A stretch of DNA of 64,000 nucleotides, from assembly GCA_903936565.1 (NCBI GenBank), contig CAIZVZ010000012.1:3778-67777 (forward strand), given 5' to 3'. Below, one piece after another: positions 51,550 through 60,978 of this stretch. The notes under the pieces were generated by a model. The model was not told the DNA's origin. It searched no databases and was given only the letters and a program-made list of their open reading frames with translations. How positions within the stretch are numbered: the first letter of the stretch is position 1; the number at the start of each line of letters is the position of its first letter. A program made the position numbers and the translations under genes. The stretch is from an uncultured bacterium (GTDB taxonomy: Bacteria; Patescibacteriota; Minisyncoccia; Phycocordibacterales; CAIZLB01).

Positions 51550-53145
51550 ATGAAGAAATTCAATAAAAATATTACAGCCGAATCACATCCGTCGCATTAT
51601 ATGATGCATAAATACTGGGGTAGAAAGCCTCACAATGTTGTTCGTGACTATATTTTAAATTTTACTAAGCCTGGAGACGTTGTCCTAGACCCTTTTATGG
51701 GTAGTGGAGTTGTCGTCATAGAATCTCTAAAGATTAATCGTAAGGTAATTGGAATAGACTTAAATCCAATGGCTTGTTTTATTGCTCAGAACACAATCAA
51801 TGATGTTGATTTGGATGATTTCTCGGTTGAATTTGAAAAAATATACAAAAAAAATTATGATCTTTTTTCTAAATTGTATCTTACTAAGTGTCCAACATGT
51901 AAGACAGAAGTTCCTTTCGAAAATTCTATTTGGGAACTAGAAGATTTTGTTAAGATAAAAGGTACGTGTTTACTTTGTGGTAAGTTTACAAAAGATACTG
52001 ATTCCCATGACCACAAAACATTCAATAAATCTAAGGATATTTTTTTCGAATTGAATAGTCAAAATAAAATATTTTATCCAAAGGATGAAATATTAAAGTT
52101 CGTCAAGAGAAACGGAAAAAGTCATGTTAATCAATTTTTTACCGATCGCTCTCTTGCTGTGCTTGGATCTATTATAAAAGATATAGAGAAGATAAAAAAT
52201 ATTAATACAAAGAATTTGGTTTTGATGTGTTTTACTTCAATGTTACCAAACGTGTCTAAAATGATTCCTGGAGATAAAGATACTGTAAATGGCAGATCGG
52301 GTTGGGTAATAAGTAAGTTATGGGCTCCCAAGATACACACAGAACGCAATCCATTGAACAGTTTTAGAGAAAGATTTAAAAAAATTAAAAAAGGAAAATT
52401 AGAACTAATTGATGCTTTTAACGCAAAGGATGCAAAAATATTAAACATTGACGCTACAAACCTAAAGGTAATAAAGAGTTCATCGGTAAATTATATTTTT
52501 ACTGATCCACCGTATGGCGATAGCATTGCTTACTTTGGGTTGAGTATGTTCTGGAATTCGTGGCTTAAAAAGGTTGTGGATTATGAAAATGAAATAATAT
52601 TTGATCCTTATAGAAATAAAAAATACGAAGATTATTCGAACCGAATGAAAAAAGTGTATGAAGAGTTGTTTAGAGTTCTTAAAAATAAGAGCTATTTGTC
52701 ATTTACTTTTCACAATAGAAATTTAAATATCTGGAAAGCTGTCATGGATGCTGTAACTGATGCTGGATTTCATCTAGTTAATGTTGTATATCAAGAACAG
52801 GCAGTAGCGTCGGGTACGCAAGGTATAAACAGAAATAATACACTTCGTGGTGATTTTGTATATAATTTTTTAAAGGACTCAAGTGTTATTTCTAAAAAAA
52901 ATAGCAACTTAAGTAAAATAGATAATGAGATAGAAATAATAAAGAAAGTAGAAAAATGGATTTTAAAAGCTGAAGGATCAATAACTTCTGACGCGTTATA
53001 TGAAAAGTTAATCCCGTTCATTGTTGAAGGTCAATTGTATGCTGATAATAACGGATTGGTTATGAACATAGAAGATGTGTTAAAGAGACATTTTGAATAT
53101 AGTTTTATCAAAACAAAAAAAGAATATGGCTGGCAAAAAAAATAA
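51550..53145 (+). CDS. DNA N6-adenine/N4-cytosine methyltransferase
   Basis: AdoMet motif I VLDPFMGSGVV at the N-terminus and catalytic motif IV DPPYG at ~residue 310; atg directly follows the helicase stop. Confidence 0.8.
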   Translation: MKKFNKNITAESHPSHYMMHKYWGRKPHNVVRDYILNFTKPGDVVLDPFMGSGVVVIESLKINRKVIGIDLNPMACFIAQNTINDVDLDDFSVEFEKIYKKNYDLFSKLYLTKCPTCKTEVPFENSIWELEDFVKIKGTCLLCGKFTKDTDSHDHKTFNKSKDIFFELNSQNKIFYPKDEILKFVKRNGKSHVNQFFTDRSLAVLGSIIKDIEKIKNINTKNLVLMCFTSMLPNVSKMIPGDKDTVNGRSGWVISKLWAPKIHTERNPLNSFRERFKKIKKGKLELIDAFNAKDAKILNIDATNLKVIKSSSVNYIFTDPPYGDSIAYFGLSMFWNSWLKKVVDYENEIIFDPYRNKKYEDYSNRMKKVYEELFRVLKNKSYLSFTFHNRNLNIWKAVMDAVTDAGFHLVNVVYQEQAVASGTQGINRNNTLRGDFVYNFLKDSSVISKKNSNLSKIDNEIEIIKKVEKWILKAEGSITSDALYEKLIPFIVEGQLYADNNGLVMNIEDVLKRHFEYSFIKTKKEYGWQKK

Positions 53146-54250
53146 AAAATTAAAAATTATAGATTTGTTCGCAGGGGTAGGAGGTCTTTCGTCGGGATTT
53201 AGAAAGGCAGGTTTTGAAGTTGTTTCAGCTAATGAATACAAACCTGATATAGCAAATACTTATATAAAAAATCACCCAGAAACGAAGATGTTTATAGAGG
53301 ATATTTCAAAAATTAAATCATCAGATCTGGTTAACGGAGAAGAAATTGACGTAATCGTAGGAGGACCTCCTTGTCAGGGATTTAGTATGGCGGGTCGCAG
53401 AATAAGAAATGATGGAGCTTTTTTAAATGATCCAAGAAACGAGTTGTTTAAGGAATTTCACCGGATAGTAAAAGATGTAAGACCAAAGGTTTTTGTTATG
53501 GAAAATGTTGCGGCAATGCTTAATATGCATGGGGGTACTGTAAAAGATAAAATAATTGAAATATTCAAAGAGATTGGGTATGAGACTGAAGTCAGAGTAC
53601 TTCTTGCTGCGGAATATGGAGTGCCACAACTTAGAAAAAGAGCTGTGTTTATTGGTAATAGGATTGGATTTAGTCCAAAGGATTTTTTTCCAAATAAAAC
53701 TCATGGCCCTCTATGTTCAAAACCTTTTGTTTCAGTAGGGGAAAGTATTTTAGATTTACCTAAAATATTGTCAGGGGCCGGAGAGTTTGAATCAGAATAT
53801 TTAAATAGTTCAGACATGACTAGTTATGAGAAGGAAAGAAAATCTAACTCCAAAAAACTTTATAATCACCAATCAACTAAACACGACAAAAGAATTATAG
53901 AGTTGCTTAAAAATATTAAACCAGGGCAAGGGCGAATTCATATACCTAAAGAGTTACAGACAAAATCTATTCATAGTGGTGCTTTTGGAAGACTAGAAAA
54001 AGGCAAACCAGCATATACTATTACGACTAGGTTTGATACACCTTCTGTAGGTAGAGTAACCCACCCCGTCTCTCATAGAGCCCTGACTCCTCGCGAGGCT
54101 GCAAGAATTCAATCTTTTGACGACGATTTTATTTTTTATGGAAATAAAAGTTCGATTGGAGTTCAGATTGGAAACGCTGTTCCCCCTCTATTAGCCAAGG
54201 CTATAGCATTGAAAATTAGAAGTGTCTTAGATAAACAAAAAAATGATTAA
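53126..54250 (+). CDS. DNA cytosine-5 methyltransferase
   Basis: motif I LFAGVGG, motif IV GGPPCQGFS, motif VI ENV, motif X QIGNAVPP; overlaps the upstream gene by 20 nt. Confidence 0.9.
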   Translation: MAGKKNKKLKIIDLFAGVGGLSSGFRKAGFEVVSANEYKPDIANTYIKNHPETKMFIEDISKIKSSDLVNGEEIDVIVGGPPCQGFSMAGRRIRNDGAFLNDPRNELFKEFHRIVKDVRPKVFVMENVAAMLNMHGGTVKDKIIEIFKEIGYETEVRVLLAAEYGVPQLRKRAVFIGNRIGFSPKDFFPNKTHGPLCSKPFVSVGESILDLPKILSGAGEFESEYLNSSDMTSYEKERKSNSKKLYNHQSTKHDKRIIELLKNIKPGQGRIHIPKELQTKSIHSGAFGRLEKGKPAYTITTRFDTPSVGRVTHPVSHRALTPREAARIQSFDDDFIFYGNKSSIGVQIGNAVPPLLAKAIALKIRSVLDKQKND

Positions 54251-55601
54251 AAAATATATTGAATTATTAAAAAACAAGGGTACTAAAAACTTTTGGAAAA
54301 AGGCTAAGCAAAAGGAGTATACAAAAGATGCTGTAAATAAAATATATCATGATTTGACTGCTCATTTTGAAGATCTAACCACACGTAACAGTATAACTTT
54401 GCGTTATTTAGGTTTAGTAATTAATCTAGGATCTGATAATCTAAAAGTTTCAAATGCTGGAGAAACATTTATAAGTTCCCCTTATAAGCAAAAAATATTA
54501 GATGAACAGATAATGAAAATTTATCTTGATTGCCCAAGACTCAATGATAATCTTTCCATTAAAATTGCCCCAATGGAGATTCTTCTGCATGTCTTGTATA
54601 AAATAAATTTTGTATCTTTCGAGGAGTATCAACTTTTCGTCTGTTGGATAAATAGCAAAGAGGATGTTGATCTGGCGCTTGATTTAATAAGCGAATATAG
54701 ACAATCTAATAAACAGTATTTATATATGTATGCCTTGAAAGAAAAGAGTGAAGAACTTGGTATAAGTGATTTTTCAGATAATGTTAAAAGATTTTTTGAC
54801 ATGTTATTAATATCTTCTTATATAACAAAAGATTATAATAATAATTTGTCATTAGCACTTTCTAAAAAAGACACCGAAATAATATTAGAGAGCTTTTCAT
54901 TAAGAGATTTTAGTGACGAACATTATTTTGATTATCTAACTACTAATAATGGTTGGCAGATTTACTCTATAAATCCGAATTATATTCGTGTCATTGAAAG
55001 TCTTGAGAAAAAAACAACAGAAGAGCAAGAAGATATAATAAATAATATAACGAACGACTTGAAGTTTCCAAATATTGACGACGTCAAACCTAAGATTATA
55101 GAGGTTGAAATTGATGATAGTCGTAGTGAGGAAGAGTCAACCCCTACAAGAAAAAAACTATCGCCACATAAAATTGACTTTGAAATTAGGGACAATAATA
55201 ATAGGGCGGCAGGGGATTTTGCGGAAAAAATCGTAATTAAACATGAGATAGAACAACTTTCTGAGGCAAATCAAACCACGGTTGATAATGTTAAGCAGGT
55301 TTCTCTAGAGGATGACACTTTGGGGTATGATATACTCTCATTTGATTTTGATGGGGTTACTGAGAAACACATAGAAGTTAAAGCTGTGAGAAGTGAACCC
55401 TCAATATCTTTCAGATTTTATATTTCAGAAAATGAAGTTTTAATAGCAAAGAATGATCCTAATTATTATCTTTATATTGTGTTTGGGTATCTTTCTGATA
55501 CTCCTTATATATATAAGATGCCGAATCCATTCACTAAAGATATTCCAGGAGTCACAATTGATCCAATTAAATATATTGTAACTGTTAAACTTAAAAAATA
55601 A
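54243..55601 (+). CDS. putative restriction endonuclease: N-terminal domain shared with the helicase, C-terminal PD-(D/E)xK-like (DUF3883-like) motif
   Basis: GYDILSFDFD...EKHIEVKA fits a D-(x)n-E-x-K nuclease signature; 8-nt overlap with the C5-MTase stop; its N-terminal domain aligns to helicase residues ~700-830. Confidence 0.45.
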   Translation: MIKKYIELLKNKGTKNFWKKAKQKEYTKDAVNKIYHDLTAHFEDLTTRNSITLRYLGLVINLGSDNLKVSNAGETFISSPYKQKILDEQIMKIYLDCPRLNDNLSIKIAPMEILLHVLYKINFVSFEEYQLFVCWINSKEDVDLALDLISEYRQSNKQYLYMYALKEKSEELGISDFSDNVKRFFDMLLISSYITKDYNNNLSLALSKKDTEIILESFSLRDFSDEHYFDYLTTNNGWQIYSINPNYIRVIESLEKKTTEEQEDIINNITNDLKFPNIDDVKPKIIEVEIDDSRSEEESTPTRKKLSPHKIDFEIRDNNNRAAGDFAEKIVIKHEIEQLSEANQTTVDNVKQVSLEDDTLGYDILSFDFDGVTEKHIEVKAVRSEPSISFRFYISENEVLIAKNDPNYYLYIVFGYLSDTPYIYKMPNPFTKDIPGVTIDPIKYIVTVKLKK

Positions 55602-55617
55602 AATTAATATCATATTT

Positions 55618-56016
55618 TTAAGTACTACTATCAAGTTCCGTCTTTTTTGATTCACCACTCTTGTCCTGCGGATTGTGTATCTCATATATAATCTTCTCCA
55701 CACCATGGTGAATCGGCTCAAAGAAGCCTCTAGGGCGAGGCTTTACATATTCTTTATGATTATTTTCTAACCATAATTTAGAGGCTCGAAAGTCGCCTTT
55801 CTTAATCAGAGAAATAATATGTCCTTCAGCAAGGTCGTTCACACTAGAGCGACCTTGTTTTAGTGCTTTTTCAAGTTTTTTAGCAAATCTTTTATCTTTT
55901 TCTTTCCACCTATATATAGTTGCTTTGCATATGCCAACTCGTCTACAAACAACAGATATGAGTGGAATCTCAACAAGTTCTTGAAGGAACTTTTCTTTAT
56001 CATCATGATTTTTCAT
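55618..56016 (-). CDS. HTH DNA-binding protein resembling a phage terminase small subunit
   Basis: ISVVCRRVGICKATIYRW helix-turn-helix; co-oriented with, and overlapping, the ParB-methylase gene as in phage packaging modules. Confidence 0.4.
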   Translation of the reverse strand: MKNHDDKEKFLQELVEIPLISVVCRRVGICKATIYRWKEKDKRFAKKLEKALKQGRSSVNDLAEGHIISLIKKGDFRASKLWLENNHKEYVKPRPRGFFEPIHHGVEKIIYEIHNPQDKSGESKKTELDSST

Positions 56017-57343
56017 GTATCTTTATTGCTTTTTTGCCAGTAAGATTTTCCCAGCGTTTTTTTATGACTTCTGCATATACTGGAGATTTCTCCATCAAGA
56101 AACACCTGCGGTTCATTCTGGTTGATGCCATAAGTGTTGACCCACTTCCTCCAAATGGTTCTACAATTAGATCATCTCTTTTGGTAAGGACTTTGATGTA
56201 GGGGATTAGTATCTCTAATGGTTTTGTGCCAAATATAACACCCTGTCCAGACGATGCTTCATCAGATGCTTTGTACTCAATGAAGTCTGTTGGACATATT
56301 TTCTTTCCTTTCTCGTACCCTTCCCATTGTGGCTTGCCTGAAATTGCATAAAGAGCTGTCTGATACTCATTCTCAAGGATTTCATCTTCTGGCTGAATAT
56401 TCATCTCTACAGAGTCTTCTGTTGTTCCAACCATAGCTATGTCATGTTTGCTAAAAAACTTATACTTAGCCGAGAAACCTTGAGTTCTGTTTGGTAAATG
56501 CCACACAAGCATGTTTTTTACCTTCCAGTATTTTTCCATCTCATTCCAAATGATTCTAATATTCTTCCAATTTTCATAAACGATTATATGAAAATTGTCT
56601 TTGGAAATATCTTTTATGTTCTTCATCCACAGTTCTGTGAAGTTGTCTGGTAGGGAATCAGTTTCAAGATATCTTCGATTCTTCTTTGCTCCAAAACCTG
56701 TAGTGACCCCATCCTTTTGTTTTGTTTTGCCAGACAAATAATCTAGTATATAAGGAGGGTCAGTAAAACACATATCGGCCTTGTGACCGTCCATGAGTGT
56801 TTGCATATCAGATTCTATAGTACTATCTCCACACATTAGTCTTGATCCATCTAAGTCATATACATCGCCCTTCTTAATGTCTATGTTTTGAATATCTAGT
56901 TTATGTAGTTCCTTTTCCAGATCAAACATCTCAGTTGTTTCTTCGGTAAGGAAGATATCGTCTAATTCTTCACTTGAAAAGCCAATGTCAGAAAGAAAAG
57001 TCTCGTCAAACTCCTTAAGTAAATCTAGATCAAATTCCCCAGTATTTTTATTTAGACGAATATTCAACTCCTTTTCTTTTTCAAGATCTGCGATATTCAC
57101 ATAAACTACAGGTATTAAATCTATACCTAGTTCTTTTGCCACTTCGTATCTGAAACACCCGCCAATTATCACATTTTCACGTCCGGGTGCATTGTTGCAT
57201 ATAATAGGATCGATAAAACCGAATCTCTTTAAAGATTCTTTTAACTGGTCGGATTGGTCCTTGGAATGTTTTCTTGGATTGTAATCTGGTACTACTAACA
57301 TGCTCGTTGAGAGATACTCAACTTTAATATTCTCCTTGTTCAT
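56003..57343 (-). CDS. ParB-like nuclease N-terminal domain fused to an N6/N4 DNA methyltransferase (phage-type orphan methylase)
   Basis: ParB-N fold residues ~1-90; DPPY motif CFTDPPYILDY; C-terminal AdoMet motif VEPFGGSGST (beta-class motif order). Confidence 0.8.
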   Translation of the reverse strand: MNKENIKVEYLSTSMLVVPDYNPRKHSKDQSDQLKESLKRFGFIDPIICNNAPGRENVIIGGCFRYEVAKELGIDLIPVVYVNIADLEKEKELNIRLNKNTGEFDLDLLKEFDETFLSDIGFSSEELDDIFLTEETTEMFDLEKELHKLDIQNIDIKKGDVYDLDGSRLMCGDSTIESDMQTLMDGHKADMCFTDPPYILDYLSGKTKQKDGVTTGFGAKKNRRYLETDSLPDNFTELWMKNIKDISKDNFHIIVYENWKNIRIIWNEMEKYWKVKNMLVWHLPNRTQGFSAKYKFFSKHDIAMVGTTEDSVEMNIQPEDEILENEYQTALYAISGKPQWEGYEKGKKICPTDFIEYKASDEASSGQGVIFGTKPLEILIPYIKVLTKRDDLIVEPFGGSGSTLMASTRMNRRCFLMEKSPVYAEVIKKRWENLTGKKAIKIHEKS

Positions 57344-57666
57344 ATTTAATTTAATTAACTAATAAAATCGAATCTTTCCTATATAAATGTAGTTTTTAGA
57401 GTTAATTTGTAGGTGAAAGTTTGCAAGCGTTTGGTTTAATATCAGTTTTATGCACTAATTATATAACATATAAAACAAAAAGCATTAAAAAGTGTGCATA
57501 AATTTAAAATGTAAGTTTTTGATCTATATTTTTGAGTAAGAACCATGAAATGAATATCGGCGTTTGCTGATAACTTGCCAGAGACATGATTAGATAGCCC
57601 AGAGGCTCTTTGTTTCAAATTTAGCAAAAATCTAGTAGACTTAGGACAAATATAATAAACAATACA

Positions 57667-59163
57667 ATGAGCCATATAATCTCAAAAACACTTTTTCTAG
57701 AGTACCGCTATTGCCCCAAGAATATTTGGCTTAAGCTAAATAAACGAGAATTACTTGATAAGTTCACACTTTCCGACTTTGAAAAGCATCTTGCAGAGCA
57801 GGGGAATGAAGTTGAATCATGTGCTAGAGGTTTGTTTTCCAAGGGGGTTGAAGTTAAGTCTAACGGGGAGGGTGCTTGCATAGAAACTGTGCAGCTTATA
57901 ACATCAGGAGTTAAAACACTTTTTCAATCAACGTTTATTGTCGATGGATTTATTGCTCGTAATGACATACTCCACTTCGATGAACAGAATGATTGTTGGG
58001 ACTTATTTGAAGTCAAAGGTACAAATAGTTTAAAGGAAAGTGGAGAAAGAGATCATATTGAAGATGTAGGGTTTCAAGTTTCAGTTCTTAAGCGTGCAAA
58101 TGTGAGGATAGGTAAATATTTCTTGATTCATTTAAATAAAGAATATGTACGCGACGGCGATTTAGATCTAGGTCTTCTATTTAAAATAGAAGATGTGACA
58201 GAAAAAGTAAATGAGAGATTGGTAGATATTGAAAAACAAATGGATTCAGCTCGTGAATATTTAAATAGAGAAAGTGAACCAGAAGGAGGTTGTGACTGTG
58301 TATACAAAGGGAGAGGTAAGCATTGCTCAACGTTCAAGCATTCTAACTCGCATGTGCCTGACTATTCAGTTCACGATCTTTCAAGTATAAGAGAAAAGAA
58401 AGTGACTGAATTAATAGAAAATGGAATCTTTGAGCTAAATGACATTCCAGATGAGTTTGAATTATCTGATAATCAAAAACTTCAAATAAGTGCTCATGTA
58501 AGACAATCGCCAATTATTGATTTGGGTAGTGTAAAGGATGAGTTAGATAAACTTGAATTTCCTTTATACTTTTTTGACTATGAAGCTTTTGCTCCAGCAA
58601 TTCCAATGTTCAATGGTTATAGCCCTTACAATCCAATTCCATTTCAATTTTCTTTGCACATATTAGATGCGCCAAATACTGAGATGCGACATGTTGAATT
58701 TCTGCATATGGAAAGAACTGATCCATCACATCTAGTCGCCGAGATTTTAGACAAACATATTTCAAATAAGGGGACAGTAATTGCTTGGAATAAGTCTTAT
58801 GAGACAAGAGTGAATGAACAGATAGCTGCACGCTTACCACAATACAATAGTTTATTTAGTAGAATAAATAGTTCAATGTATGATTTACGTGATATATTTC
58901 AAAAACAGTATTATGTGCACCACGGCTTTAAGGGTAAGACTTCTATAAAAAAAGTTCTTCCAATTCTTGCTCCAGATCAGCGTTATGATGTTCTAGATAT
59001 TCAAGAAGGTGGACAAGCTGCAGACGCATGGTGGAGGATGGTGTCTCCCGTCCCTGGCGATGAGGAGAAAGCTAAGATTGCAAAAGATCTAAAGATTTAT
59101 TGTGGTTTAGATACATATGCGATGTACGCGATTTGGAAGCATTTAGTTGATTTAATGAATTAA
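57667..59163 (+). CDS. two-nuclease protein: Cas4/RecB-like Fe-S PD-(D/E)xK domain plus C-terminal DEDDy 3'-5' exonuclease-like domain (DUF2779-like architecture)
   Basis: N-terminal YRYCPKNIWL, D...DLFEVKG motifs, C-x-C-x8-C cluster (GGCDCVYKGRGKHC); C-terminal FFDYEAF (Exo I), YDLRDIF (Exo II), YCGLD (Y-x3-D). Confidence 0.55.
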   Translation: MSHIISKTLFLEYRYCPKNIWLKLNKRELLDKFTLSDFEKHLAEQGNEVESCARGLFSKGVEVKSNGEGACIETVQLITSGVKTLFQSTFIVDGFIARNDILHFDEQNDCWDLFEVKGTNSLKESGERDHIEDVGFQVSVLKRANVRIGKYFLIHLNKEYVRDGDLDLGLLFKIEDVTEKVNERLVDIEKQMDSAREYLNRESEPEGGCDCVYKGRGKHCSTFKHSNSHVPDYSVHDLSSIREKKVTELIENGIFELNDIPDEFELSDNQKLQISAHVRQSPIIDLGSVKDELDKLEFPLYFFDYEAFAPAIPMFNGYSPYNPIPFQFSLHILDAPNTEMRHVEFLHMERTDPSHLVAEILDKHISNKGTVIAWNKSYETRVNEQIAARLPQYNSLFSRINSSMYDLRDIFQKQYYVHHGFKGKTSIKKVLPILAPDQRYDVLDIQEGGQAADAWWRMVSPVPGDEEKAKIAKDLKIYCGLDTYAMYAIWKHLVDLMN

Positions 59164-59164
59164 A

Positions 59165-59695
59165 ATGAAAAATAAACTTACAAAACATTTAAATTTCTCC
59201 AGTATATCACTATGGAATGAAAAATTTGATGATGTTCTGGAATTGGATAAACATCTAGATAAGTTAGATAAAAGAGTTGTTTTCATTGGTCTTAACGCAA
59301 CAAAAACACTTGATCCTTTTCTAAATTTTCATTCTGTGAGAAGAGGGGGAAGAGATAGATGGATCAAAGAGGCTTTCGACAATGGCAATTTAGGAATTGT
59401 CTATATGACTGATGTAATTAAGAATGATACAACGGTGGATTCTGGTAAGGTAAATTTGTCAAAAGAGAATATTAAAGAAAATCTTAAATATTTAAAGCAA
59501 GAGTTGTTAGATTTGAGTAGTGATAAAAAGCTGGTGATTGCAGTGGGAGGTGAAGTTAAGAAAATAATTTTAAATAATAAGGACTATCTAGGTGTAGAGG
59601 ATGTCTTTTGTTGTAGGTATTATGCTAGTCGCTGCACAAAGGATGAATTTCTAAGGAGTTTCTCTGATGTTGTAAAAGAAATAATTAAAATATGA
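59165..59695 (+). CDS. hypothetical protein (176 aa)
   Basis: abuts the stop of the upstream nuclease gene; no motif recognised. Confidence 0.4.
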   Translation: MKNKLTKHLNFSSISLWNEKFDDVLELDKHLDKLDKRVVFIGLNATKTLDPFLNFHSVRRGGRDRWIKEAFDNGNLGIVYMTDVIKNDTTVDSGKVNLSKENIKENLKYLKQELLDLSSDKKLVIAVGGEVKKIILNNKDYLGVEDVFCCRYYASRCTKDEFLRSFSDVVKEIIKI

Positions 59696-60258
59696 AAATA
59701 GACATAAATAAAATTGAAAAAGACTCATTAAAAATTAAAAACATTAGTGATAATTCATATATTCAGTCTTATAAAGAATTCATTAAATATTTTGATGGTT
59801 TAGATGAGATAAAAAAAGAAAATTTAATAATAGGTTCACATCTTGTGTATGGCTGGATGCCAAAGGTCTTGCGTCTTAATTTGAGACAGGAGAAGGAGGT
59901 ACTTCAAATTTTAAATGAAGTCAAAAGAGGTGTGTTAATATCAAAAACAAATTTGGAAACCTTGAGGTCAGCAATAGGTAATTCAATGGTTGGCGTATCT
60001 AAGCTTCTGCATTTTATATCACCAAAGAAGTATGCTATTTGGGATAGCCGGGTATATAGCTATATCCATAATGGTGTAAAGCCTTATGACTATCAGATAA
60101 AAAGACCTGAATTGTATTTGGAATATTTACAAGAAATGGAGAAGGTCTCAAAAGAAACTGCTGTAAAGGAAATACAATCTACCGTAGTGAAAGCTTGCGG
60201 ATATAAAGCAACTCCATTTAGAGCTATTGAATTAGTTATGTTTGAGACAGGTAGGTAA
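59692..60258 (+). CDS. hypothetical protein (188 aa)
   Basis: 4-nt overlap (atga) with the upstream ORF. Confidence 0.4.
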   Translation: MKIDINKIEKDSLKIKNISDNSYIQSYKEFIKYFDGLDEIKKENLIIGSHLVYGWMPKVLRLNLRQEKEVLQILNEVKRGVLISKTNLETLRSAIGNSMVGVSKLLHFISPKKYAIWDSRVYSYIHNGVKPYDYQIKRPELYLEYLQEMEKVSKETAVKEIQSTVVKACGYKATPFRAIELVMFETGR

Positions 60259-60301
60259 AAGGTCTTTAATTATTCTCAGACAGGAGTATTATATTAGGTA
60301 T

Positions 60302-60964
60302 ATGAGAGTCCCAGATGAAAAAATTCAAAAAATGAAAGATATTCTTGAAAAAAGAGGTGGAAAGGAAGTAACTTGGGCAGAAGCTTCTGATGCTTCAACT
60401 AGACTATCAAGTCTCATGGAGTTACTTTTAAAACATGCACAGGAAGACTGGAAAAGGGAACAGAAGCTCAAAGAATATCCAAAAGGTTTTTCTTTAGGCG
60501 GTGTCGGTTATTCTTGCTTTATATGTGGACAAGGAACTTCTTTAAATGGAAATTGGTACGATAAATATGGAATAAAATGTATGGTCTGTCAGGATTCAAT
60601 TAACAGAAAGGAAATACCCGCAAGTTTATCTAAGGATAAAGAAAGTTGGTATAGTAAATATGATCTAGAAGGTAGTTTTAATTTGAAAGCACCAACCCTT
60701 CGAGGTTGGATAAAGAGAGGTATTATCAAAGCTCGTACACTTACATATAATGGAAAGGGTGTGCACTATCAAGTATTTCTAATTAAGGATAACAAAGGAT
60801 TTTTACCACCGAAACATATGGTAAAAAATCAATTTGTTAGTGAGGAGATTGACGGTAAAATTTGGCATCATTCAGAACCTTGGTATAAGTTTGTTGACCC
60901 TTTTGAGCACTTAAAGGACTATGGAATCATGAAGTATATGAGTTACACGGAAGTGGAAAAATAA
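60302..60964 (+). CDS. hypothetical zinc-ribbon protein
   Basis: CFICGQG...(15 aa)...CMVCQ four-Cys ribbon; start taken at MRVPDE. Confidence 0.4.
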   Translation: MRVPDEKIQKMKDILEKRGGKEVTWAEASDASTRLSSLMELLLKHAQEDWKREQKLKEYPKGFSLGGVGYSCFICGQGTSLNGNWYDKYGIKCMVCQDSINRKEIPASLSKDKESWYSKYDLEGSFNLKAPTLRGWIKRGIIKARTLTYNGKGVHYQVFLIKDNKGFLPPKHMVKNQFVSEEIDGKIWHHSEPWYKFVDPFEHLKDYGIMKYMSYTEVEK

Positions 60965-60978
60965 TTTTCTATTTTCCC

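Noticed and set aside
49093-53145. Helicase plus methyltransferase read as a canonical Type III Res/Mod pair
   Set aside because: Gene order is the reverse of the usual mod-res. The methylase has motif I before DPPY rather than the beta-class order. No PD-(D/E)xK motif was recognisable in the helicase C-terminus. Reported instead as part of a composite four-gene cassette.
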